Made by a program: the position numbers and the translations under genes. Source: Octopus sinensis (lineage: Eukaryota). From it: a DNA stretch of 64,000 nucleotides. Under the pieces are notes generated by a model. That model was not told the DNA's origin and did not search any database. It saw only the letters and a list, made by a program, of their open reading frames with translations. Where the stretch lies: positions 10,932 through 74,931 of the forward strand of contig NW_021833647.1 of assembly GCF_006345805.1 (NCBI RefSeq). The letters are read 5' to 3'. This document shows, piece after piece, positions 23,791 through 35,012 of this stretch. Within the stretch, counting starts at the first letter, position 1. Each line of letters begins with the position of its first letter.

Positions 23791-24603
23791 ATGACAGTTA
23801 CATACATTTTTTTAAATCTGCTTTATATGGAAAGTGCAAATAATTAATCTGACTTAAAGTATATTTAAGGAGTATCATTCGAAAAATGATATTTGTATGG
23901 CATAATTAGTACAATAATTGATTTCTATAATATAAATTTAGTAAACTAGTAAATATTAGATACGTGCCAAAAATCGAGTCTGTAAATTATAGTTCACTTA
24001 CATGATTGTCTGGAAATACTACAATTATTTTTTTGATTATAATCAATTCCATAATTTGTGTACAAGAATTATTGCAGATGCTTATTGATTATATTATTAG
24101 TCAATTATTAAATTTCAATGTATTCTTTAAAAAAGTGATTTTAGCCAAAAACTCAAAAAATCAATTTATTAAACTACTAACTCAATTCGAGCAGATGCAA
24201 TATAATTACTTATATAATTAAAAAAATGACTTGTTATGATTGCCATGATTTTGAAAATGAACTTAAGTGATTAACCCAGTTGGTACTATTTACTCTCAAA
24301 CAGCCCGATTGGAAGACGCCTGTTAAAAACTGTATTTTCAGTGGTTAGATAATCATACTTTGGTTTTAGCTTGGTATTGAGTGGTACTTAAAAGTAGGTT
24401 GGATGGTTTGCACTAGGAGTCGGAAATGACTTGTTTTTATTAATCTCAAATATATTTTATTGTATTTGCTAATCTGACTGCACTCCCCTGCGGCGTCGCT
24501 AAAAACCGTATCAAAGAGCGACTTTCAGCGTAGACACCGCTCTAACATTCCATTATACATAATTAGCGTAGTTATCATTACTGTTTTTAGTTGCTGTCCC
24601 CGC

Positions 24604-25623
24604 ATGGAAGGTCAACTGAAATGTACCAAATGTAAAGAAGTAATTTATACAAAAAACCCACATTTGCGTCTTATGGACTCATTTTATCACACTAACTGTC
24701 TTCAGTGTTCTGTGTGTTCTCAAGTACTCACAGATCTTTGTTACGTGAGGGACGAGATTTACTGTTTTAACGACTATACAATGTTTTATTAAAAACTTAG
24801 TTTGTAGGAATTTTAAGTTTTGTCCGTTGTGTAACGTCCAAATTGAACTAAATACATTGGTGTATACCATCAAGTCACATATGTATCATGTTGAATGCCT
24901 CAAGTGTCGGTGTTGTAATAAAGAACTCAAAACTGGGGACTTCTTTTCCTATGCTGATAAATCCACACTTTACTGCATGGACTATTATCACAAAAATATA
25001 TGTTTGGTAATTGAGCTATTTTTAGTAAAAACTGAAAACACTGCGGAATCGAAAAGAAAAATCAAAGTCTCCTAAATCTTGTTCGGGAGCGAATGGGAGT
25101 CCTGAAAAGCTGAATCCATTAGTGAGGAAGTTCAAACCAACCATGAAGCCAACAATAACTTCAAAAAATGCAAACAACGTGGACGGAGGACATCAATCAA
25201 ACCACACCAAATTGGGCTTCTTACAGAATTGTACGAAAGTGAAAGAAAGCCATCGCGTCATACATTGGAAGAAATGACCAAATTGACTGGACTACCAATT
25301 CGCGTGATCCAAGTCAGGATGGGGGTCTCTAGTGTTAGGTCTGGTTTCAAAACAGGAGGTCCAAGGAACGGAGAAACAACCCGAGCAACTCTAGCCTCCT
25401 ACCTTCCAATCCACCTCCCAGTAACACAGAATTTGGGGTCTTCAAACATCAGTTTAATCAAAGGCCACAAATCTTCCAGAATAACAGATCTGGAAATAAT
25501 TTTTTTTCGTCATTTGTGACAGATGATCAACATTATGGGCATTATCGAAACGAATATTACCCAGAAAGTATGTTGAGGAAGCCAATAAATCCAATGCTGT
25601 TTCCTCCCTCAAGGCATTTTTAA
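24604..25623 (+). CDS. Lhx1/5: LIM-homeobox transcription factor, Lhx1/5 (Lim1) type
   Basis: Two LIM domains (CTKC..YHTNCLQCSVC..YCFND; CPLC..YHVECLKCRCC..YCMD) joined by a 25-nt intron at 24783-24807; homeodomain RGRRTSIKPHQ..KPSRH..TGLPIRVIQ|VWFQNRRSKERR with a 26-nt intron at 25313-25338; linker splicing, start and stop are uncertain. Confidence 0.88.
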
Positions 25624-25749
25624 ACTCCTGATCAGACATTCCAGTACCCTCCCAATATGCATTTCTACAGAAATCTTAATTTTTAACATTCTGCTAGTCT
25701 AATAAATATAGTGTTTAAAATGTTCAGATTGCACTTTTTCTAAGGTTTA

Positions 25750-27360
25750 GTTTTAGAATTGTCGACCGAAATGGTTCTCATTTCTCTCCTACTTTCCTAA
25801 ACATCCAAATAGTGATTTGGGATACGCTTCTTCCAGGAGATCCAAAATACAAAATAATTTTCTTTCCAGAAGTTTTTTTAGAGATTAAGGCATGATCTGC
25901 TAACGAATTCCAAGAGATTTTATTTGATTTCCTCCGTGGTAATAACATAAGTTGCTTCCTCAACAAGTATTTTATTGACTGTTTAATTAAGTACATAGAC
26001 AAGTCTGAAATCATAAGTGACAATCAAAAACTCATCAAAACGACTAATCTCTGCGTCTTTGGCTAGGCTCCAAAATCTGGAAACTTGGTGAATTTTTTGT
26101 ATTAAAAACTAGAAATTGACAAGAAATAGTTATCTTTTGATAAAAAAGAAATTTAATTTAACTAAAATTAGACACGTTTATTAATTTCTCTCTTGTTACT
26201 TTGATGTTTGCTCACTTTTTATAGCTAGATAAAAATATATGTTGTACCTTTTGCAATGGAAGATCCCAATTGGCTTAATGGGGACTTTCTAGTCATTAAT
26301 TAATTTTCCGAACAGTTTCCGCACCTTTGTCTGCGGCACTCTCGCCTATTCCACCCAAGAGTTGGTCCTGGGACGATCATATGATGGATTCAAGTTGGGA
26401 GTGCTCCTTTATCATATGATTAGTGGAGTCTTCATCTTCCCCTAGAAAACTGCAATTATCACTACGACCACCCTACACATTCACTTTGATATCACTGACA
26501 CGTGCAAACAAGTTCACTTCGCACTCCTCCAACGCGATACCCACACCAGACCGAATATGTCAGTTTGAGTGGATAGAGTAACCGACTCCTCACCATTCTC
26601 CTCAGAAAAAGCTACTTTATCCTGCCTTCGACCGTTCTTCAGTCACAGAGACAGAACTCCGGGCCAAAGATATTGTTAGTTACTGACAGTCCACGATGAA
26701 TAATTTGCTATCAATTCAGCAGTCGTCTTTTGGGAATCTCCTGCAAAGCCTACTCCTCCCTCTCCAAAGGCAGGGGAGACAGCCGTAAATACCTTAATTC
26801 ATCCCGAATGTGAGTGCTAAGGGAAACGCATCTGCGAATCGAGACAACAAAGCATCGCCAAATTGTTCAATTTTTTGAGACCCCATCTGTGTCTATCAAA
26901 TTAATTTTGAGGTGAATACATTTTTTGATCATTTGTTTCGTTTTGCTTGTTCTTTTAGAACAAATTCACGAAAAAAATATTGTTGAGATAATGCTCTTTG
27001 CAGAAGGAGATTTTTTTGTAATCAAGCGAACCATCATTTGTCAAGTCGTGAGTGCAATATATGAAGTTTGCTCTGCCACTGAAACAGTAGGACGATTCGA
27101 GGCATTTACCTAATGAAAGGTTTCAACTTGGTTTAATTGATTTTAAAGTTTGTTAGTTATTATTGTAGAATCAAAATGATTGTCTGTAGGATACACATAT
27201 TCAAAATTATATGAATTGGGTTAAAAGAATACACGATTTCATTATAAAAGTTATAAAAACTATCAAAAATAGTGATCATTATAAAACATGTCAAATTAAA
27301 AAAAAGATAGGCGTTCATTGCCCGGTTAAATAAAAGATTTGCCCCAAAATATTCTATCAT
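25750..27360 (-). CDS. Possible intron-rich gene or gene remnant of unknown function
   Basis: Short protein-like minus-strand frames (e.g. SQKIEQFGDALLSRFADAFPL) separated by candidate GT..AG segments of about 25 nt; no family recognised. Confidence 0.3.
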
Positions 27361-27529
27361 AAAATTATGAAAAACAAAAAGAACAGACGATTGTCAGACT
27401 CTCCAATTTTGGTTATGTAGCCGGTTTTATCGTCTTTTTTGATTGCATTTTGTAGCGGTCAATTTTGATTGGCATTGTCTGACATGTCGCCAACCAGATA
27501 ATACGACAAACTCTTTCATACGCTACCAT

Positions 27530-28790
27530 TCTAAACATGCTCCACTAGACCATCAGGAAATACTTAAAGACTCCTGATCAGGATTCCTGGCAATCACCAA
27601 ACTAATGAACAGGATGCTATCAGGGACACTACCAGAAACTATTTCACACATAATGTTCTCCGCCAAATTAATCGTATTCGACAAGAAGAGAAGGGGAATA
27701 CTCCCTATTTCTGTTGGCCTGGTCTTTCGTCGGTTGGCCTCAAAGCTTGTAGGCAGAAAAATCCTTCCTACGTTGATAACACAATTACAACCAGCCCAAA
27801 TAGGGGTCGGCACACCGGGGGGTTGTGAAGCGGCAGTTCATGCTCTCCGAACATTCACCAAAAAGAACGAGAAACTCCTTTCGTAGTCATCAAAATTGAC
27901 ATTAAAAATACTATCAACTCGATACGACGTGATACAATTCTGAAGAATTGCTTCACATACTACCCATCAGTATACAGCTATATTCATAGCTCATATGGAA
28001 AACCATCCAGTCTGGTACACGGCCAATATTACATCCCATCGTCTTCTGGAGTCCAACAAGGAGACCCACTGGGGCCTGCCTTGTTCAGCCTGAAAATTAC
28101 CCGTGTCACAAGATATTGTTCTACTCCCTGAGGGTATGGTATTTGGATGATTGCACTATGGGCGGCCATCCGGGCGCACCCTGCTACCAGGAAATGAAAC
28201 AGCTCAATGATATTGATTCTCTCTTTCGGACCACCATCGAACGTATCACTAATGTGAAATTTGACGACCAAGGGTAAGACCAAGCGACCCTACCCGTTAA
28301 CCTGGGCGGACTGGGAATCCCTTCACAGAAAGATCTAGCTTGCCCCGCATATATATCCTTTTTGAACTCCAGCCGACTGCTGATCAGGATGATTCTCCAA
28401 CTTCAAACAGAATCCTCTGAAATCACAGACATGGAGCATTCGCGAGGGATGATGCCTGAACAGAAAGATCTTTACAGGACCTGAGAGGATAAATATGAGA
28501 GGCTTCTGAACCAATCAAACCAACATAGACGTGCCTGTCTAGTGACTGGAAGATGCGAATCGAGTGGAGCTTGTATCAACGCATTCCCGTTGGTAGTGTC
28601 AGAACCCACCTTGACGACGATACTGTCTGCATCGGCATCAGTACTAGACTTGGACTGGAGATTTGCCGGACTCACAAATGCCGGTGTGGCGTCACCGTCG
28701 ATTGCTATGGCCTCTCTTGTAGAAGAAGTGCAGGACGATTTCCAAGACACAAGGCGATCAACGAAATTGTCAAGCGAGCCCTGGATCGCA
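27530..28790 (+). mobile_element. Degenerate, internally deleted CRE retrotransposon
   Basis: [60 protein letters not shown], with many stops and frameshifts. Confidence 0.88.
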
Positions 28791-28819
28791 GTTTATAGAA
28801 TTTTCTCACAAAACCGTTT

Positions 28820-29200
28820 CATATTCATACCAATGATACTGTAATTACCTTTGCATTGTGGATTATTCTCAGTTCACTAGCAAGCATGTCGTACGTATGG
28901 CGCTTTTCTACCTCAATTTTCTTTAAAACGATTTATCTCATTTTGTCGTGTCCGGCTTGTTATTCTCAACTTATCTGTATTCATTGTCGTGAAAATACGA
29001 ATCTCCACATAGTTATTTGCAGCCACTGACTTAACAAAATAAGTTTAAAATTTCCTATATTACTTAACTTCACACTCCCCGCATAAATCCAGATGTACAC
29101 ATTTCACTACTTTGTTGTTTTCGTATGTATCCACTATTTAAAATTCGACCAGACTTTGTTGCTAAGTGGATGTTGTCTTCTTAGTCAAGTTACAGTAACT
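28820..29200 (-). mobile_element. R4/NeSL-like RLE retrotransposon fragment
   Basis: Minus strand AANNYVEIRI, NNKPD and EVEKRHTYDMLASEL; related to 34090-34590. Confidence 0.6.
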
Positions 29201-29974
29201 GCACATTGCTCAGCATTGTCAAAAAATAAATTAAGGTCCTGGATAAAACACAGCAGCCCTTCGGTTCTCGGTGAATTATTTCATGTGATAATCAATGGAA
29301 GGATTCAGGTATCGACTTTGGGATTATTTAGACATTCGAAGAGAATCCAATGCAATTATTGTTTCTTCGCTTCCTTTTCCAAATTGGCTTCTTAGAAGTA
29401 AAGCCTTTTTTTTGTTTGCAACTTTAAAGTATAGTCGTTCCAACCTTGATATTTTCTTCGTCGTATCTCAATTTTTTTTAATCATTTTTTTGCTAACAAT
29501 AATTAAATTTTCTAATGCACTTTCTTGTGCCTCTAATAATTCCCTAGAATCAAATGCTAAAAGTTTCTCAATTTCTTCTTCATTAATTTTTCAAAGATTT
29601 CCACATTCATAAATATGTAAAATCGGATTTTTTGTCGTAGAATGAATAGTATTGTTGTAATTATAAAAATGTCTTTTATGCATGCGCAAGATTGTCCAAA
29701 ACAATTTCGAGAACTTGCCGACGATATCAGGCTTTTTATGCTTTGATTAAATGAATAAATCGACCTTTCGACTTGCCTTGTATCCGAAGAGCACGAGGCC
29801 TTTCCACGTAGATGTTTTATTACTAACATAATTTTAGAAAATATGTTTTTTGTTTTCAAATGAAATTTATTGCTAATTTTATGAGCCTGTATCGTTAATG
29901 CCGCCTGATTTATGAATTTTGAGATTCTTCATTTCTTTGATTTTTCTATATTATTCCCCATACTAAATAGGATG

Positions 29975-30105
29975 AACACCAAATTAATTGGAATCAACAG
30001 AAAATCAAGTGGAATCAACAACAAACTAAGTGGGTCTAGCAGAAAACTAAGTGGGACTAACAGTAAATCAAGTGAATTTAATAACAAACTAAATGGGATC
30101 AATAA
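29975..30105 (+). repeat. Degenerate 21-bp tandem repeat (about 6 units)
   Basis: AAC.. AAA(C/T)(T/C)AAGTGG(A/G)ATC periodicity. Confidence 0.7.
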
Positions 30106-30169
30106 AGGATTATTTTTATTATAAATATTATTTCGTCTCAGAGTGCTGCCTTATTGTCAACAAGATGCC

Positions 30170-30700
30170 TACAAAGGAGATTGTCAAACGTTTTAATCAA
30201 ACCATCACCCGAAAACTCTCCAAAATGAAAGACACAGATGAAAAAAAGTGGCTGGAAATTCTCAAAAAAGCAGTGTACCGTTATAACAAGGCTGTACATT
30301 CATTTTCAAATCAGAGTCCTTTCGAAAGATATCAAAAAATAAGCGGAATAAACACAGTTGATGCAGGTTATAATTATCAAATTATGTTTAAGAAAATATT
30401 AAAAATCATTTTGAAAATTATGTTTTAAGTTGGAATCGGTCGGCCTGATATGTTCAAATTTAGAAAATTCAAGTATTTTAACTTTGAATTTATATTTATG
30501 CGATTCTAATTGTCCAAGTCCAAAAAATTCAAACTTAATTTAAATCCGATTGATGTAAACTCAGTCTACTATAAGGCAATAAATAGGAAAATCAATGTCC
30601 ACAATAGTAAATATAAATTTAGTGTTGGAGATAAAGTTTAGATAAAAAATTATACATAGTTTCGAGTTAAAAAAAGATTATGGAACAAACCCTTCGTTGC
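30170..30700 (+). mobile_element. Ginger/gypsy-like integrase C-terminal remnant
   Basis: IVKRFNQTI..KW..L..AVYRYNKAVHS..SPF and FSVGDKVLIK. Confidence 0.7.
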
Positions 30701-30799
30701 GGTTGGATAAATTCGAGTCACCATTCTATCCGGCCGCTGAAATAATTAACAATTTATTAAATAATTGAGGTAAACCCCTTTGGATTGCACTTATTATCG

Positions 30800-31305
30800 T
30801 GTCAGAGAAGCTCCGGACGATTTCCCCGACACGCTGCCCTCAACAACATAGTCAAGCGGACTCTTGAAACTGCCTGATTCCCATCACAGTTGGAACCGGT
30901 CGGCCTGATTCAGGAGGATGGTAATCGTCCTGACAGCCTAACGATTTTCCCCTTCGAAAATGGCAAGTCGCTCATCTAGAACGCAACTTGCACGGACACC
31001 TTCTCCGCCGGAAGCATCTTTACGTCAGCCACAGAGGCGGGCTCCGCAACTAACCTGGCAGAAACGCTAAAAATCACCAGCCTCTCCAATTCCTCTTTTG
31101 AAGTGCCCCAGGTCCCAGAGTTGTATAGAAGGATTGGTTCGATTAATGTGTCGTATATCATTATTCTCTGTTTTATGTTATTTTCTTTCAGTTTTAACCA
31201 TAGGTTCTTCAGTCTGTGTAATGCTGCGTTTAACATGGTTTTTCTCCGTATGATATCTTTACTGTCTCCTAAAAAGGAGCTAAGTTTCTTTGTGTGTCTC
31301 CAGTA
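30800..31305. mobile_element. Tail-to-tail junction of a CRE endonuclease fragment (+, to about 31075) and an RTE RT fragment (-)
   Basis: Plus strand RFPRHAALN, EDGNRPD, ATCTDTF; minus strand IYDTLIEPILLYNSGTWG. Confidence 0.75.
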
Positions 31306-31464
31306 ATTAGCTATAGTTTATTTAATAAAGTTCCTGTCACAAAGATTATTCAAACAGTATTTTTTTAATAATCTAACTAAGAATTATTATTTCGTTTAAA
31401 AAGTAAATATATTCTTTTAAGAATCATTTAAAAATAAAATCCAATTTTATTGCAAAAGATTAGT

Positions 31465-32284
31465 CTACTCTGCCTCTTCCTCAGAGCTCCCCAAATAATT
31501 TTTAATGTTTTCACTAATTCCATAAACTGATAATTTCAAAATTGCCGAAACTTGATTATTAGTTGAATGATCCAAAGCCTGCATGTTATTTTTATCTAAA
31601 ATTGTTGGATCGACTCCTATTCAATTTATGTTAAAATAATACCATTTTTTAACAACAAATCTACAATATTTGCATATCCTTTAATTGCAGCTCGATGCAA
31701 TGCGGTCATTCCCAATTTATTCTAAATATAATTAAACTGAAAATACTGTGGAATTCACGTTTTCTGTAACTGAAAGAATCTTTTTTATTAATTCTTCGTC
31801 GTCAATATCCGCAGCCAAGTGAAGAAGAATATTTCCTGCACTATCCACTGTGTTACAGGAGACCTCAAATATTGAAAAGATCAAAAAAACTCCGTGTTTT
31901 ATAGATTCCAGCACAAAATCTATTTCCTTTCGTCGACAAGCAGAATGAAGTGGTAAATCAATCAAAGAACAATTTTCCTGTACTAAAATGAGTTATGGTA
32001 ATTATTATTCATGGGATTAATTAACAGGAACTAATTAAAATGCATACTAAATGAGGTCTTTATTGAACCACATTTAGAACCGGATTCCACTTTTGTTTCG
32101 CTATCCTTTTGGTCGTAGTTTTTTATATAAAAGAAACAGTTATCATCAATGTTGATTTCACTTTTCTAAAATATACTATTTTATTTTACCTTCTTTTTTT
32201 TGTAGGTTTCATGTGCTATGGCTACGGTGACATCTAGATAATTATTAAAAATAGTTAAAGCTAAAACTGACCAGGTTTATTCAT
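31465..32284 (-). CDS. OSTF1: Osteoclast-stimulating factor 1-like protein (degenerate SH3 plus ankyrin repeats)
   Basis: Spliced ankyrin region IDLPLHSACRR..|VSCNTVDSAGN..|NKLGMTALHRAAIKGYANIVDLLL|..KNYLGSSEEEAE* parallels OSTF1 ([35 protein letters not shown], acidic tail); 5' exons MNKP|DVTVAIAH.. are tentative. Confidence 0.75.
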
Positions 32285-32472
32285 TTATAATTAAGTCAAA
32301 GTGTATTTGTCATATTTTATAAAATTTAAAATAATAATTTATATTTAAAAAAAATTATTGTGTAAGTAAAAAAATAAATTTTTTAAAACATACATTTTCA
32401 GTCTATATTGGGTAATCGAATAAACGACAATTACTGGGAAAAATATTCTTAAATTCTCTTTTTTTTATATAT

Positions 32473-34066
32473 TGTCACGCGCCATAAATGAAACGCGTGC
32501 CTAAAGTGAAACGCCGTGACCTTGAATTTAACCTTCAATTAAGCTCTTGACAATTATCAAGTCAATATTAAAGATGATTGCGCACTTTGAGATAATATTA
32601 TCGAAATGAGATTTGCCAACATTGTAAAGGATGATCAGGAGTATAAGAATATTCTTGATTTTTTAATAAATAATACAATACCAGAAGATTTTTCAAGACT
32701 AAAAAGATTTCGTTTTCTCAAAAAATGTAGAAATTTCGTAAATTCTGGAAGTACTATTAAATCTAATGATAGGTGTGCTATATTATAAACAATCTGATGG
32801 AAACAAAATATTGGTAATTGCCTCAAATGATTTCGAATCCATGAAACTGCATTGTGAAAGGAATCATTCAATTTATCACTATGGATTTAATAAAATGGAA
32901 GAGTATTGCAAAAATAATTTTTGCATAATCAATCGAAACATAATTAGGGATGTAATATCATCATGCCACAAATGTCAGCGAAGTCAGCCCTTAAAGACAA
33001 AATCCACTAGTCAACATAGTAGCCAAAGAACCTCGAGAACGGTTCATTCAATAGCTTATTTTTAGCTATCAAGTTGATTTAGTCGATCTTTCGTTTTATG
33101 CAGATATAAATGATTCCTATAAATATCTTATGAATGTCATAGATATTTATTCAAAATTTTGCTTGTGCTAAAAAATAAAATAAAGAAGCAGTTACAGTTT
33201 CGGAATCATTGAAAACTATATTTCTTTCCTATGGTCCACCAAAATTCTGCAGTTTGACAACGGAACAGAATTTGTTAATTCAGAAATAACGTCATTATGT
33301 GAAGAATTTAAAATAATTCATAAAAGGGGACGTCCAAGACATCGAATCACAGGGACAAGTGGAGCGTTGCAACCAACCATTTGCAGATGGATTCAAAAAG
33401 AACTCACAAACAAACAGAAAAAATGGGTGGATGTGTTAGAAAAAATTGTATATCAGTACAATATTTCAATTCATTCTTCTATAAATATGTCACCATTTAT
33501 GGCTTTTTTCCGAACAAGAGGATATAACATTTCTTATTAAATGATGATGAATTAATTGAAGAACATGAAAATCAAACTATCATAAATGACAAATATCTTG
33601 AAAGAATGGAACGAAATTTTTCAAAAACATTGAAAGAAATTGCAATTGGAAATATTGTTTTGCTGAAAAAAGATTTTGATACAAATCAAAGGACGAAGAA
33701 GCGAAAATTAGAATCTTTTTATCATCAACAAATCTTTACTGTTGAAGATTTAATTTCAAATAATAGAGTTAAAATAAAAGATCAAGATGGAAATGAAAAA
33801 ATAGTATTTAAATCACAAGTTAAAAAAATTTAGACAGGTAAATTTTCAGGTTAAAATATTTTTAATTTTTTGGTAATTTTAAAATGGCTAACCATTATTT
33901 AAATAAATTGTTAATCTTTCAAACGATAATAATAAAAAATTGATTTCTCGGTTTTATTCCTGTTTTCATCAAAGGATTGTTAATTTTATTTTCGAGGTTT
34001 TTTGTGGTTTTCTCAAGGTTCACAGCGTTTCGCTTTAGGCACGCGTTTCATCCATTGCGCGCGACA
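32473..34066 (+). mobile_element. Ginger-type DNA transposon (gypsy-like integrase), frameshifted
   Basis: About 55-bp TIRs beginning TGTC and ending GACA, flanked by TATAT; HHCC finger (HSIYHYG..CHKC), QVDLVD, IDIYSKF, DNGTEF, QGQVER; no RT or LTR; introns at 32751-32772 and 33042-33065. Confidence 0.88.
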
Positions 34067-34089
34067 TATATTTTATCAAACCAAATTAA

Positions 34090-34590
34090 GAACAAGCCAT
34101 TTCATTCTGTCTTGTTCAGGTGTGAAGAGGATTCTAATGTTAACACCAAAATGTCTTGTGAGTGGCTGAACAAAGGGAACAATACACCACGAAGTAAAGC
34201 TTTGTATTGCCTGTTGCAAGATAGAAATTTGTTCTTTTCTGCGTGTGGTGCGCTGTGCAATCATTGCAAAAAATCTAAGAGACAGTAGACCACATGGCCA
34301 CTCTGTTAACAGTGACTATGTGAGAAGGCACGACGAGATTGTAAAATGCATCCATTTGCACGTTTGCAGACACTTAGGAGTAAAGAAAATTGGAAAGCTA
34401 AAATCCCATTCGGTTCAATCTATAATTTATGGACCAAAAATGTCGAGATATGGATGGATACATCAATATCGACAGATACCCAAGTTCAATTCAATAAGCC
34501 AGATATCTTTAGCTATGACAAACTGAAGAATGAGATTACCATAACTGAAATGAGAATTAAATTGCAGGAGAAACTCTTCAACGTGTTACA
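34090..34590 (+). mobile_element. R4/NeSL-like RLE retrotransposon fragment
   Basis: EWLNKGN..LLQDRNLF, CNHC, DYVRRHDEIVKCIH, VEIWMDT, NKPDIF. Confidence 0.8.
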
Positions 34591-34609
34591 AAGCCTAAAA
34601 TTTGTAAGT

Positions 34610-34870
34610 TCTAGGAAGACAGGAAAAACTAGCCATTATCGACGACGGGAAATTTTAAAAAGAATGAGGCACCGGAGTGTCTCTACTGAGCAGCATATTT
34701 TCCGGATAGACACTTTAGATGTCTGAAGTCCACTACAAAAACAACCGCATCTTCTCCAGAACGGACTGTATTTTGGGAACGCAGGATTCATAAGATTTAT
34801 CCAATTTTTCTTTGACATCGAGACCGTAGGCCAACTTAATGGCGTAACGCCTCGTTTTCTCGAGTTTGTT
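34610..34870 (-). mobile_element. Non-LTR C-terminal fragment related to 7861-9210
   Basis: Shared peptide KLEKTRRYAIKLA. Confidence 0.6.
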
Positions 34871-35012
34871 GATTAGACAAACCCTCTCACGAAATTATTG
34901 AGTTTTTAAAATATTCTCATCATATTAAAATTTAAAAATAGATGTATCTTTTATCTATAAAACGCGAGACCTTTACTAATTCTAATAAATATAATTATCA
35001 ACTAAATATTTA

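Noticed and set aside
32473-34066. LTR retrotransposon
   Set aside because: The ends are inverted rather than direct repeats and there is no gag, protease or RT.
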